DNA of 64,000 bases from Octopus bimaculoides (Eukaryota), in contig NC_068993.1 of the NCBI RefSeq assembly GCF_001194135.2, positions 45,249,964 through 45,313,963 on the forward strand. The letters run 5' to 3'. Positions 13,726-26,999 of the stretch are shown in pieces; within the stretch, counting starts at the first letter, position 1; every line of letters begins with the position of its first letter. The position numbers and the translations under genes were made by a program. The notes under the pieces were generated by a model, which was not told the DNA's origin, made no database searches, and saw only the letters and a program-made list of their open reading frames with translations.

Positions 13726-14689
13726 ACATATATGTATTTGTGCCTGTGTGGTCTGTGTTCGTGTGCGTGTACTTGTGTATATAGAACAGAATATAAGAGA
13801 ACACAGCCTAATATAATCAATATGGTATATGTTTGTAAAGAAATACATCAATACAAGCCTTTTAAAGTGGAAAAAAAAAATCAATCAATATATAATATGC
13901 TTGTTGTGATAATCGATACACACTGGTCTTAAGTATTCGTATTGCACAATGTTTCACGCCTGAATTCGATAAAATACTTGAAATGTGGCTGGTGTGATAT
14001 TTGATAATTTCAACCAATGAGTTTAACAGACGAATGATTAGATGATATATAGGTTAATAAATGTACATTTAGTTTCGGCGCTTCCCGGCAAGTCACGAGC
14101 TCGATTTCTGGATTGACGAATTTCTCTTGATACGTTTGTTATTAGTTATTGCTTCTGATTTAGGAACAAGGCAAGCTGTTTTGGGCAGAGTGGGGGCTAG
14201 TTAGTATCATCGACACCTAGTTATTGAAAGGTACTTTATTTTCTCAATCCACGAAAGGATGACAAGCAAAGTTGACACTCTGGCGGTATTTTAACTCAGG
14301 AAGTAAAGAAATTGGTTTCGCAATCACATGGTTTCAGGTTCAGTCTCACGTCCTCTCTAACAAACCCTACATGAAAATGGAAGTCTTGAATGACAATGCA
14401 GCAACGAGAGAATGTAGCGAATAGTTTCCGTTTCAAATGAAACTAGAAAATTCTTTAAAGCATCATTTAGAACAATGATTTTCAACTTTTTTTTTTTGCT
14501 TATGGACTCCTTTGATTACTATTTTATTTTGGTGCCATAGTAATTCTATGTTTAAAAACTATATATTAGCGACAGAGTTAGTATTAATACCGAGCGGTAA
14601 TATGTATCCCCACTTAAATGTAGATGTTCCATTAGAACAAACTATACTGCTGTAGATACCGTTTATTGAGCGAAAACCCCTAAAGCTCC

Positions 14690-14953
14690 ACGAGACTCCA
14701 GCAGGAGATGGTGGCAAACCCTACTGTACTCTTCCACCACAACTTTCTCTCACTCTTTCTTCTTGTTTCTGTTGTACCTGTATGTCAAAGGACCAGCCTT
14801 ATCACACTGTGTCACGCTGAATATCCCCGAGAACTACATTAAGGGTACACGTGTCTGCAGAGTGCTCAGCCACTTGCACGTTAATTTCACGAGCAGGCTA
14901 TTCCGTTGGTTGGATCAACTGGAACCCTCGGCGTCGTAAGCGACGGAGTGCCA
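14690..14953 (+). repeat. Dispersed repeat (longer copy 2 of 11231-11374), probable SINE/LINE tail
   Basis: Direct sequence match to 11231-11374 over ~145 bp. Confidence 0.65.
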
Positions 14954-14959
14954 ACAACT

Positions 14960-15650
14960 GCGAGAGAAACTGTTGAGGAAAAGAAATTGTGTTGCAGTGC
15001 ATTTATGTGTTGTGATCCTGAATTGGATAGGGGACGTATAGCCCGTGGTCCTAGCCTTGGATGAATTCTGAAACTAATGTTTAGGTCGTTTGGGCAATGC
15101 TGGTGGTATATTCTCCACATCGTATCGCTCACGGCGGCGCTGGAGAGAATAGAGTTTCAATGCTTTAAGGTGGTTCCAATAATCGAGATCAGTCATGCCC
15201 TTAATTCTTTTAGTGAATGTTTTCTGGCGTGATTCAGTTTTCGAAATGTTTTGTTTTGTATGGGGAGAACACAAGAGGCAGCAGTATCGGGGGAGTGGCC
15301 GTATAAAGGAGGAGAAAAGATGAATGATGATACCTTGTTCTCTGGACCGGAAGTTGTTAGGATCCAGGAGCTCATCTTACGAGCTATATCGACCGTTGAT
15401 ATGGGCACTCTAGCTGAGATTGTTGTCAACAATTAATCCTAGGTCTCTGATATTATTAGATGCTGCGAGTTGTTCCCCTGAAGGAAGTGAGTATGTTTGT
15501 TTTATCATAGTCTTTCTTCCAAAATGCATCAGCTCAAATTTTCCCTCGTTTAGCTGCATTTTGTTTTTTGTCTGCCCATTGACTTACAGATTAGACTGGA
15601 GTTCAGTTCGGTCTTCTTCTCCATTGATAATTTTCTGGATCTTGGAGTCA
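14960..15650 (-). mobile_element. CR1/L2-group LINE, 5'-truncated RT C-terminal remnant
   Basis: Minus-strand pieces: DSKIQKIINGEEDRTELQSNL..KNKMQLNEGKFELMHFG (just after the YADD box), ARKMSSWIL, and SPHTKQNISKTESRQKTFTKRIKGMTDLDYWNHLKALKLYSLQRRRERY. Stops and frameshifts are present. Confidence 0.85.
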
Positions 15651-15654
15651 GGCT

Positions 15655-16800
15655 AAGATTCTTGCTGAACGGGACGCCAATCCGTCGCAAGGCTAGCCAT
15701 TTTACCGCTGAGTAGGCTGGAACGATGAGAAACGAAGTCTCGTCTCCTGCTTTTCGGACATCAGCGACAGTTTGTTGGTGGAAAAAGCATACAGTATTTT
15801 GCGAGTGGAATGAGTTTTCATCACTAGCTTGTGATTAACACACGCTGAGGACGGGTAACCACCCAGAAACTCGAGTCCGTGTGTATCACGTAAGGCTAGA
15901 GATGCGAGCAATGACCTCCTCTTGTAATTACTAATCGGACACGTGAAAAANNNNNNNNNNNNNNNNNNNNNNNNNNNNNNNNNNNNNNNNNNNNNNNNNN
16001 NNNNNNNNNNNNNNNNNNNNNNNNNNNNNNNNNNNNNNNNNNNNNNNNNNNNNNNNNNNNNNNNNNNNNNNNNNNNNNNNNNNNNNNNNNNNNNNNNNNN
16101 NNNNNNNNNNNNNNNNNNNNNNNNNNNNNNNNNNNNNNNNNNNNNNNNNNNNNNNNNNNNNNNNNNNNNNNNNNNNNNNNNNNNNNNNNNNNNNNNNNNN
16201 NNNNNNNNNNNNNNNNNNNNNNNNNNNNNNNNNNNNNNNNNNNNNNNNNNNNNNNNNNNNNNNNNNNNNNNNNNNNNNNNNNNNNNNNNNNNNNNNNNNN
16301 NNNNNNNNNNNNNNNNNNNNNNNNNNNNNNNNNNNNNNNNNNNNNNNNNNNNNNNNNNNNNNNNNNNNNNNNNNNNNNNNNNNNNNNNNNNNNNNNNNNN
16401 NNNNNNNNNNNNNNNNNNNNNNNNNNNNNNNNNNNNNNNNNNNNNNNNNNNNNNNNNNNNNNNNNNNNNNNNNNNNNNNNNNNNNNNNNNNNNNNNNNNN
16501 NNNNNNNNNNNNNNNNNNNNNNNNNNNNNNNNNNNNNNNNNNNNNNNNNNNNNNNNNNNNNNNNNNNNNNNNNNNNNNNNNNNNNNNNNNNNNNNNNNNN
16601 NNNNNNNNNNNNNNNNNNNNNNNNNNNNNNNNNNNNNNNNNNNNNNNNNNNNNNNNNNNNNNNNNNNNNNNNNNNNNNNNNNNNNNNNNNNNNNNNNNNN
16701 NNNNNNNNNNNNNNNNNNNNNNNNNNNNNNNNNNNNNNNNNNNNNNNNNNNNNNNNNNNNNNNNNNNNNNNNNNNNNNNNNNNNNNNNNNNNNNNNNNNN

Positions 16801-16831
<31 letters not shown>

Positions 16832-17203
16832 GCCAACCTAGTGTGGCGTCCTATACAGGACAATGCTACTGACGTTTATAGTCTCAGGAAGACATCTCCT
16901 CCAACTGGCTAGCTACACACATTCTATGTCCGATTAGTAATTGCAAGAAGAGGTCATTGCTCGCATCTCTAGCCTTACGTGATACACACGGACTCGAGTT
17001 TCTGGGTGGTTACCCGTCCTCAGCGTGTGTTAATCACAAGCTAGTGATGAAAACTCATTCCACTCGCAAAACTACTGTATGCTTTTTCCACCAACAAACT
17101 GTCGCTGATGTCTGAAAAGGAGGAGACAAGATTTCGTTTCTCATCGTTCCAGCCTACTCAGCGGTAAAATGGCTAGCCTTGCGACGGATTGGCAAGAATC
17201 TTA
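15655..17203. repeat. ~265-bp inverted repeat pair (15678-15941 / 16927-17193) flanking an assembly gap
   Basis: Direct reverse-complement match with about seven differences by manual comparison. Confidence 0.85.
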
Positions 17204-17431
17204 CCCTGCCCAGCCAACAGGCTGACATCATGCGAAAGCTACGGCAATACGAAGAAGCCAATTTTGACTAACGGTGTATAAACACATCTAATAGTCCGGT
17301 CAAAACAATGATACAGTGATATAAGTATACATGCATGTATAGACGCGCACGCGCACACACACACGCATGTACACACACGCATGTACACACACGCACACGC
17401 ATGCAAACACACACACATACACACATACACA

Positions 17432-17528
<97 letters not shown>

Positions 17529-19009
17529 CTGGTTGGACGAGAACGTTAGGTCTCAAATAAAGCGGATTACATATTAAATTTAACTCTACTTGTAGTATTG
17601 AGTCTGCTCATCAATACGTGTTCTGTTGTAATTCTTCTTAAAATTGATTTGTGTGTGTGTGCGTGCGTGCGTGTGTGTATGTGTAAGAATGTCTGTCCTT
17701 TATCGACAACATATTTCAATGTTTACCTCTGACAGATTCTTTTTGAGGTTATTCAAACATCGCTTTGGTATTTGTTGCTGTCGATTTGTATTTACATTTC
17801 AGGGCCACACGGGGTAGAGGTCCGTTTTAGTTCTTGCTTGAGGTGGCACTGGAATGATAATACAGCCTTTACTTTATTGTCTGCTCCGTAATTACTTTCC
17901 TCTTTTAGCTCACTTTGATAATTTCTTTTAATATTATTGATCTATCAATTTTATTTTTGTTTCATTGATCTCTCTTTTATCTATCTGTGTATACACAGAC
18001 ACACAGACACAGACACACACACACATATACATACACGTACACTCATATATTTATGTATGTGTGTGTGAGAATTTCCGCGTTTGTGTGGGCGTATGTCCAA
18101 CTTATCTTTGCTCTTTCTTTTGTATTCACTTATCGTCTGCTCCTCCGTTGCCACCACAATATCAGCTCTTTGTGGTTTGCTATTCTGACCCTTTTGTTCT
18201 TTCTCATTGAAACTTCGCTACTTTTAGTGCTTCTCTTTCCCTTTTTTCTGCTTCTTTTTTATCGCTATCTATTTCTTTCTTATTTACTCTTTCTTATCAC
18301 TTAATTCTTCTTCTTTTATTTTTTTTTCTCTCTCTCTGTTTGCACATACGTTTGTACACTACTTTCTTTCTGATTTTCTCATTAGTAGCTAATGACAAAT
18401 TAGCAGAAGACTTGATTCATGTAGATTTGCTGTTGATTGTGATCTGCGTGTCTGTTAATCATGTGATAAATGAACTGACTTTAATTAATTTAAGTGGGAA
18501 AACAAATTTATTGGATACGAGCTTAAATTATAACCCAAGGCATTTTTTCTTTTAACAAGAAATTGGTTACAAATGATGTTTGTATAAATAACGCTGCAGA
18601 GAAAGCGGTCTGCTACTCGTAGACATTCACATATAAGATTTACTGCAATCAAAGAAATTCCATCATATAAGCGTTCAGATCCTTGAAGAGTGAAAAGGAT
18701 CGAACACCAAACAGTTTCCATTTGTCAAAGAGGTCCAGACAGATGAAGAGGGTTATCCCTCTTGCTAAAATTTGGGTTGGACAACAATAAATCGACAAAT
18801 GATGGATAATCCTTTACTCTGCTGCATAATCCTTACTGAAACGTTTAATACACAAATCAGATTTGATTTCTTCAATTCAAGGAAGCCTATCAAATGTGTC
18901 TGTAAATATATTGTCAAGGGATTTGACAACGAAATATTTGCTCTGACGCAGCAAAATTTTTTCTAATTTTGGCACTAGACTAGCAATCTTGAGAAGAAAA
19001 GGTAAGTAA

Positions 19010-19172
19010 GTAGATTACACTGGCTCCAGTATGGACTGGTATTTTATTTTATCGACCTCGAAAAGGATGGAAGACAAAGTAGACCTCTGTGTCATTTGAA
19101 CTCAGGACCAAAAGAACCGAAAGCTATACTGCTAAGTATTTCGTCCAAAGCGCTAACGAGTCTGCCAACTCA
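19010..19172 (-). mobile_element. SINE family A, diverged copy
   Basis: tttatcgacctcgaaaaggatggaagacaaagtagacctc...tttgaactcag...gctaacgagtctgccaactc matches family A. Confidence 0.65.
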
Positions 19173-19844
19173 TTGCACTTTGACTATCTTATAAAATAAA
19201 CCATCGTAACTAATGAAAATCCGCTGATCGAAACAATGATGAAATATTTAGAATTTTAATGTATTAAGTTATGAATAAGATGAATTTGTCATTGATGGTA
19301 AGTATATTTGACTGAAGGAAAAATAGATAAATTGAAAAATATACAAGGTGAAAATTATTGACAAAAATCCCGGGTGAAATTCGAACTGAAACGAAGAATT
19401 TGGTCAAACTAGAAATATTTAGCAAAAATTCTAAAGAAAAATTCAATGAACCCAGAATATGAATTCACATTTATTCCAATAATAACTGGTGAACTTGATT
19501 TTGTGAGTAAATCACTAAGTAACAATCGGATAAGGTAGGGTTTTCAGGAAAATATATCAATGAACTAACTCGCATTTTACAAATATAATCTGTAAGTGGA
19601 ACAATGGAAATATGCAAGACTTTTCTTAAGCTTAAAATTTGACATTGCTTTTGTTATCTACGTTCCAACAATGGAACTTTGTATCTTTGTTAGAAACCAA
19701 CTCCTTCCTTAGAGGAAGAACATAACTAATTAAAAACAGGGGAAAACATANNNNNNNNNNNNNNNNNNNNNNNNNNNNNNNNNNNNNNNNNNNNNNNNNN
19801 NNNNNNNNNNNNNNNNNNNNNNNNNNNNNNNNNNNNNNNNNNNN

Positions 19845-19901
<57 letters not shown>

Positions 19902-21074
19902 TATAATAACAAATTACATTAATTCACTTACTATATATATACATATACATATATATATATATATATATATGCATATGGACAATCAACACAAAGTGAACTG
20001 ACGCGTTGTATGGTACTGGATGTGTGTGTTTAGAAGAAGAATCTAGAAAGCAACGGCCAGTGTTGGAAGGGTGGAGAATATTCGGTGATGGAGAAATTAT
20101 AATGAATGGGGTTTGTGAGTGTGTGTGGGCGAGAGCAATAATAAATATGATACGAAAGGAAATTTGATAGAAGCTGAAAACAAAACTACGTGGAAGTACT
20201 AAAGTTTATGCGGTATAAAGATAAAACTTAACAGTGTGATCTACTAAACCGCATGATTGAAAAAAACACATTGATAATAATAAAACAAACAAAAACCCTT
20301 TGGATTTCAAAAGAACTTGTTTCGTTTTCATCGAACATAAAGAAAAAAGTAGAATTAAGAAGATGAAAGAGATTTAGAAAACTGGGTGTTATATTGTGAA
20401 AGTTTTCCTCTTGTGCAGTCATGCAAGGGTAGCTGAAGTGAATTACTTGGTAGTCTGGGTTTAATAGGATTCCTGAGAATGATTGATAAAAATGCATGAT
20501 GGCGATTGTGTGATTGATTCTTGTAATAACTTTGTGAAATAAATACGGGTTGGTAGAAAGAAAGGAATTCACTCAGTGTTGTATAAATTCAGATAGGACA
20601 GAGCACACTAAGAGAAATAAGATATGGGAGTTATGATTGGATTTTGAAATTATATGGCGGTGCTCCAGCATGGGCACAACCTCTGCCTGAAAGCAATAAT
20701 AGAATTATATGTGCCGACCAAAAGGCCATATTTATTTTTAGAAAATGTTTCTAAAACGAAAACGAAAAAACCCCAAACAAACCAAAAAAACAAATATCAG
20801 TAGATTATTGATAAAATCAGTTCTAATAAAACAAAAACAAAAACGAAAAATCCCCCAACCCTTCAAAACAAAAAAAACAAAAAAACAAAAAAACCTCAAC
20901 TAAAAAAAAATACCAACAATTCATTTAAAACAACAAAAGGAACTAAGAACATACTAATAATTAGCTTTTGCGATGTGTGAAATCAAGTGAGAAGAGATCC
21001 ATCGGGAGAGGATTGTTCGCGTGGTTTGGTATGTTTGAATATGAAAGATTCATTTAAATTGTTTCTGATTTAGG

Positions 21075-21285
21075 TACAAAGCCTCCGACAGTTTTAAGGG
21101 GTTGGGACAGGCGATTAGTAGTTACCATCAACCCTATAACTCGGTTTGTACTTTATTTCGTGGACCTCGGAAATTCGAAAGGAAAAATTTGACGACGGTA
21201 AGATTTGAACTCAGAACGTAACGATCGGTAAAAATACGGTACAGGATTTAATTTTTTTCGTACATTCTAACGATTCTGCCTTCAG
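21075..21285 (-). mobile_element. SINE family A, diverged copy
   Basis: aagatttgaactcagaacgtaac...taacgattctgcc matches family A. Confidence 0.6.
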
Positions 21286-21404
21286 ATGTCATATAAAAAA
21301 AATGCAAAGATTCTCTGCGGAATTGTCAGTCAGCCGTGAACATGGCGACCCCCCCCCCACCTCCAGTCCTTTTTTTTGCATCTTACTGACAGTTACTGCT
21401 ACTG

Positions 21405-21405
21405 T

Positions 21406-21466
<61 letters not shown>

Positions 21467-21512
21467 TCTGCTGCTGCTGCTGCTGCAGCTGCTGTTGCTG
21501 CTGCCGCTGCAG
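21405..21512. repeat. Compound (ACT)n/(GCT)n microsatellite
   Basis: Seen directly. Confidence 0.9.
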
Positions 21513-21975
21513 TTGCTAATAAAAACATAATTATTATTATTGCAATCGTTTCTTTATTTGTCAGAAAAGGTGGCTAATAGGTCACCATTGTAAAGACCCA
21601 TTATATAAACGGTAGAGGTTTTACAAAAACGATGTGAAGAGAGCCTGCATGAAAAAAAACAAAACAAAAAAAACACAATGGTTTAATAATATAAACCAGA
21701 TATGAATACATTTCAGTTAGAAAACAAGGACGTAGGGCTGAACAAGGTGAAGCGCAGAAGGATTGAATGCTATGAATATGAGTCATGTTTGCATGTTTAT
21801 ATATAATTCTTGCCAATAGAGAAAGAGCCGGTTCATTGGAATTTATACAACATCAATTAGTAAATAATGTATAGTTTTACCGGTTTTATTTCGCGAATTT
21901 CTCTTCAATTGAAAAAAAGCCGGTTTTTAGCCAGGAAATATTGAAACACATACATACATACATACATACATACAT

Positions 21976-22023
<48 letters not shown>

Positions 22024-22406
22024 NNNNNNNNNNNNNNNNNNNNNNNNNNNNNNNNNNNNNNNNNNNNNNNNNNNNNNNNNNNNNNNNNNNNNNNNNNNNN
22101 NNNNNNNNNNNNNNNNNNNNNNNNNNNNNNNNNNNNNNNNNNNNNNNNNNNNNNNNNNNNNNNNNNNNNNNNNNNNNNNNNNNNNNNNNNNNNNNNNNNN
22201 NNNNNNNNNNNNNNNNNNNNNNNNNNNNNNNNNNNNNNNNNNNNNNNNNNNNNNNNNNNNNNNNNNNNNNNNNNNNNNNNNNNNNNNNNNNNNNNNNNNN
22301 NNNNNNNNNNNNNNNNNNNNNNNNNNNNNNNNNNNNATATATATATATATATATATATAAGTCAGTAAATGGTGGGGTTGTGTTAACCACACGTGGAGAA
22401 ATGATA

Positions 22407-22942
22407 GGAAAGGAAATAATAATAATAGTAATAAGGCAGAATGCTAAACTGAAAGCATATTTTAATATAAATGTGTGTAAGGATTACAAAAGGATTTCAA
22501 ACCGGCTTTCATTGCATGGCAAATTTTCAAGCTCCAACACGGCCAAGGGCTCACGGAAAAGGAAAAGGATTACAACACTAATTTCAAATGCAAGCCCAGC
22601 CTCTTCTATGGCCTCCCTAAAGTCCATAAAAACAAATCCATCACCGAAGCCTGCAAACTCTCCACTGACATCCACTTCAACATCAAGGCACCGGAAGACT
22701 TAAAACTAAGACCCATTATAGCTGGCACCTTCTGCGAAACACACCACTTGAGCAATTTCCTGGACATCCTTTTGAAACCTTTTGAAACCACACCAAAAGT
22801 TTCATTAGAGATGATATTGACATGCTCAAGCACCTCCCGAAAACAATGAAATGAAAGCCGGTTTGATATTCTTTTGTAATCCTTACACCTATTTATATTA
22901 GAATATGCTTTCAGTTTAGCATTCTGCCTTATTTTTTCCTTT

Positions 22943-22944
<2 letters not shown>
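22407..22944 (+). mobile_element. Inverted-repeat-flanked element carrying a Penelope-like RT fragment
   Basis: Termini GGAAAGG...CCTTTCC are flanked by TA. Arms ~22407-22517 and ~22846-22944 are reverse complements. The core (22567-22845) translates to LFYGLPKVHK...LKLRPIIAGTFCETHHLSNFLDILLKPF / SFIRDDIDML, characteristic of Penelope RT. Confidence 0.75.
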
Positions 22945-22979
<35 letters not shown>

Positions 22980-23194
22980 NNNNNNNNNNNNNNNNNNNNN
23001 NNNNNNNNNNNNNNNNNNNNNNNNNNNNNNNNNNNNNNNNNNNNNNNNNNNNNNNNNNNNNNATATATATGTATCTATGTATGTATCTATACATACATAC
23101 ATACATATATATATATATATATCTTACTTTAGTACAGAACTGTATATTCCATGTGTATTTGTGATTGTGTGCGTGTATGCTCGCATGAATGCTT

Positions 23195-24412
23195 GGCACA
23201 CTGAGACGAGGATATGAAACATTTAATGGACAGATTTTCCACTGCATGTGTACATTTCGGACTCAGTTTGAGGAAAACCAAAGTAATGTTTACTCCCGTG
23301 CCAGGACAAACATATTCTGAACGAAACATTTTTGTGAATGGAACAGGGTTAGAAGTCGTTGACACCTTTGTTTACCTAGGAAGCACACTGTCAAGAGATA
23401 GTAGTCTTGATGCAGCGATATACTATCGAATAGGGAAGGGAAGTGTTGCATTTGGAAAGCTCGAAAAGTGAGTATGTGCGGGTAGAGGTATTTCCCTGAA
23501 GACAAAAAGCGTGCGTATTGTCTACACTTCTTTATTCAAGTGAGACATGGACCACTTACAAGCGTCACATAAAAATGCTGGAGAGATTTCATCAAAAGTG
23601 CCTCAGACGTATCTTAGGAGTCAAGTGGGAATGTTTCATATCAGATACAGAGGTCTTGCGCATAACACGTTGCAGTTCACTTGAACAACACGTTATCCTG
23701 GTTCAAATGAAATGGACTGGACGTGTTATTAGAATGCAAGACGAGCGTTTGCCAAAGCGTCTTTTTCTATAGTGAGCTCATCCCTGGTAAGCGACCACAA
23801 TATAAGCCGAGGAAAAGGTATATGTGTGAAGGGAAACCTGAAGAAACTAGATATGAACAAAAGTGATTGGGAAAATGATGCTCTAGATGGGAACAAGTGG
23901 AGAGGTGCTGTTAGGACTTGTTGCAATGCCTGGGAGAAAAAGATGATTCAGTACACTGAACTTAAAAGGACGTGTCGAAAAGGAACAATTAGAACTGTAA
24001 TCAACAGTGAACATTGGGTATGTATTACATGTGATCGTGTTCTGTTGTCAAAAGCAGGATACGTGAACCATATGAAGTCATATGAAAATCGTAATGCCTA
24101 GATAGGTAACGATCTTGAACGCCAACCACCTCTTACGACTTGTGTCATATGTCAAAAAACTTGTAAGACAATATATGGACTTAAAAGACATCTGCTGGTT
24201 CACAATAAGCATTCCTTCAGAATCAGATTCCAAATGGCAAAGATATAGAAGAAATTAAATAATATGTCACTTGTGTTTTAAGCCCTGTCAGTCAGCAGCT
24301 GGTCTTAAAAGTCATCTAAGGGCTCATCAACAGAGGGATTGTACTGTGCGATGGGGGTGTGGTGTGTGTGTTGATGGGACGGCTATCGTCTCTCAAGATG
24401 AAGCAATCATCA
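23195..24412 (+). mobile_element. RTE-clade LINE, 5'-truncated, degraded ORF with C-terminal zinc fingers
   Basis: LMDRFSTACVHFGLSLRKTKVM...FVYLGSTLS...AFGKL; TLLYSSETW...LERFHQKCLRRIL...KWTGRVIRMQDERLPKRLF; KGNLKKLDM..DWENDALDGNKWR. These are standard RTE RT/C-terminal motifs broken by stops and frameshifts. The 3' end is ...gatgaagcaatcatcat. Confidence 0.92.
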
Positions 24413-25753
24413 TGTATGCAGGTATGTTCTCTTTCTCTTTTTAATTGAGAATAAGGTTTGGCCGGCGACCTACTTGGTAGCAAGTTTGTGAATGAAAGTA
24501 TCTTGTTTTCACCATCATTCTTTAAATCTTAAGATTTGAATCCTGGATTTTAGTAAAGTTTGCATATTTTCACTGTTCCACTTACAGAATGGGTCTTTAC
24601 AATTCGAGTTAGATGATTTCTTTCCGAAACTGAACACCACAGCTTGTTTTAAAGACTAATACCAAGATACTTAGTATTTAAGTACATATAAATATATAAC
24701 ATGATTCGAATTGCTTATGGCTGTGAGTACACGTATATTTATAGTTCAGGTGGAAAAGCTTTAAGATTCGTACCTGTTGCCCATAAATGTTCTTTTCACT
24801 AATTTTTAAAGAAATGGCCCAAAACACTGGGCAGCTGACTGCCACACACTTTTTAATCTTCAACAACTACAAATGCTTGCATTTAGTGGAAATTTTAATG
24901 AGAATCTTCCACCAATAATTTTCCTCTTGACTTTTGATCTTCAAAAGGCAGCTTTTCTTATAGAAGGCCACGAATCAGCAAAGTCGTTAAGAGCGTTGGA
25001 TAAAATACCTCACGGTATTTGTTCAGACTCTCTGCAAACTGAGTTCAAATCTCGCCGAGATCAACATTATCTTTTATCCTCTCGGTGGCTATAAAAGTGT
25101 ATCAATCCAGAGCGGTGGGCTGGCGGAAGATTTTCGGGGTCAGGTGAGATACCCTACGGTATCTGTTCCAGATCTTTGCATCCTGCCAGCAACGGCTTGC
25201 AATGGTACCTGTTTCTACCAAAGTCGGTGGTCCTTCCCTTGGATAAACATCGGTGGTGTAGAGACGTAAAACTTAGATGCACGGGCAACTAACAGTCTCC
25301 TTACCATTCAAAAAGAAAACATTTTGCTGAGGCTTGCGCATACATATGCAGATGCACGGTTCTTCTTGACTTTGTATATCGTTTTAGCAGCACTGTCATG
25401 TCGTTCGTATGAGAAAGCAATAGCCTGATGACATTTCTAACCAGCTGTTGTACTGATAACAACATGTATCTTCAACGTAATCGACATTTTCGGTCTTATC
25501 TTGAGAACTGAAGGGCTTCGATGTTTCTTTTCTTCAACAAGTCTTTTGTAATTAACCTTTTTCTCTTTGATTTAACCTCCTTCGAAGTGTGACGCCACGT
25601 AACGGTCGCGAGTTCAAATTTACCGGAAAAAAGTTAATTGTTGTAAAATAGAAATAGTGTGTATTCAATAGGGTAGCGAGGGTTGCCAGCGCCCGAAGTA
25701 AAGCAAGTGTTGCGGAGAGGGTGCATCACTTGTATTATTTACTGCTTTATAAA

Positions 25754-26105
25754 GGTAGCGAGCTGGCAGAATCGTAGCGGCATTTTGTCCGTCTTTACGT
25801 TCTGAGTTCAAATTTCGCCGATGACAACTTTGCCTTTCATCATTTCGGGGCTTTGTGCCAAAATTTTAGATCTTTATTATTACTTTATAAGGCGACGAGC
25901 TGGCTGAAGCATTAGAACGTCGGAAGAAAGGTTTTGCAGTATTTCTTCTGGCTCTTAATGTTCTGAGTTCAAATACCACCGTTGTCTACTTTGCTTTTCA
26001 TCGCTCGGCGGTCGAAGAAATAGAGTATTATTTGGGTACTAGGATTGATGGTATCAATTAACTGCCTCCCTTAAAAATTTTTAACTTTGTGCATAAATCA
26101 GAAAT
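25754..26105 (+). mobile_element. Two tandem SINE family A copies (25754-25850, 25889-26105)
   Basis: gcgagctggcagaatcg...ttacgttctgagttcaaatttcgccg and gacgagctggctgaagc...gttctgagttcaaatacc. Confidence 0.75.
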
Positions 26106-26459
26106 TATTATTGCTACTTTATTTTGAAATTATGCACCTGAGCAAATGCATACGCTACGCCACTGTGTATGCTCTGGTCCTATAGAAAAATTGACCAACT
26201 CCTCACTAAGTATAGAAGTGACGCAGAAATAAGGGAAAATAAACTGTCGTGTTCCTGAAATAATTACAGAACGTGCTTTTATTCAGTTCCACATTACTGA
26301 CTTAATTGCTGCAAATTTATAAAATTACTAACCAATTCCAGAAAATAAGCAATACCTTGCTGAATAAGACCAAAGCATATTCATAGATGTTCATTTCTTG
26401 CAAAGATTAGATTCCGCATCCCCCCGCTATGTTTGCAAAATAATTTTGAGAAATTAATT

Positions 26460-26675
26460 ATGTATTGCAGTATTTGAGATGCTAAATGTATGTTCTGCAG
26501 TGTTTGTTGGTGACTGTGGTGTTACTGAATGTATTGTACTGTAGTGTCTACATTGGTGATAGTGGTGTTTTAAAACATATGTACTGCAGTGTCTACGCCG
26601 GTCACTGTGGCATTATTGAATGTACATACTGTTTACTATTGTGTATATGCCGGTGAATGTGGTGGTGTTGAATGT
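26460..26675. repeat. Degenerate ~39-bp minisatellite (about 5 units)
   Basis: Recurring atgtactgcagtgtctac(g/a)(c/t)tggtgactgtggtgtt(a/g)(c/t)tga-like unit. Confidence 0.55.
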
Positions 26676-26999
26676 TGAGAATCTTAATTTTATTTCCTGA
26701 TTGAACTCGTTTTATTATGCTTTTTCTTTTGACTTTCGTATAAGTGTTTATGTTCGGTGTTGCCTATTTCTAATTCGACCCGTTCCAGCTGATCTATGAA
26801 GAAAGGCATTACAGCTACGAACATCTCATCGTTTTACAGTTATGCCATAGTCTGCATTATCTAAAATATCCTCTCCTTTTTTATTAAGATAGTTTTCTAA
26901 GGGAATTTTGGATGCATTTTGACTGGTAGGGTACCAGATAGAAACTCTCCAATGGGTCGCTTTGTTGACAGGAATGGTAGAAGTAAAGATGTTAGTGTT

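Noticed and set aside
18550-18720. Possible transposase motif (…NNAAEKAV…)
   Set aside because: Only a few residues resemble the ND.AERGV motif and the frame has stops; insufficient evidence.
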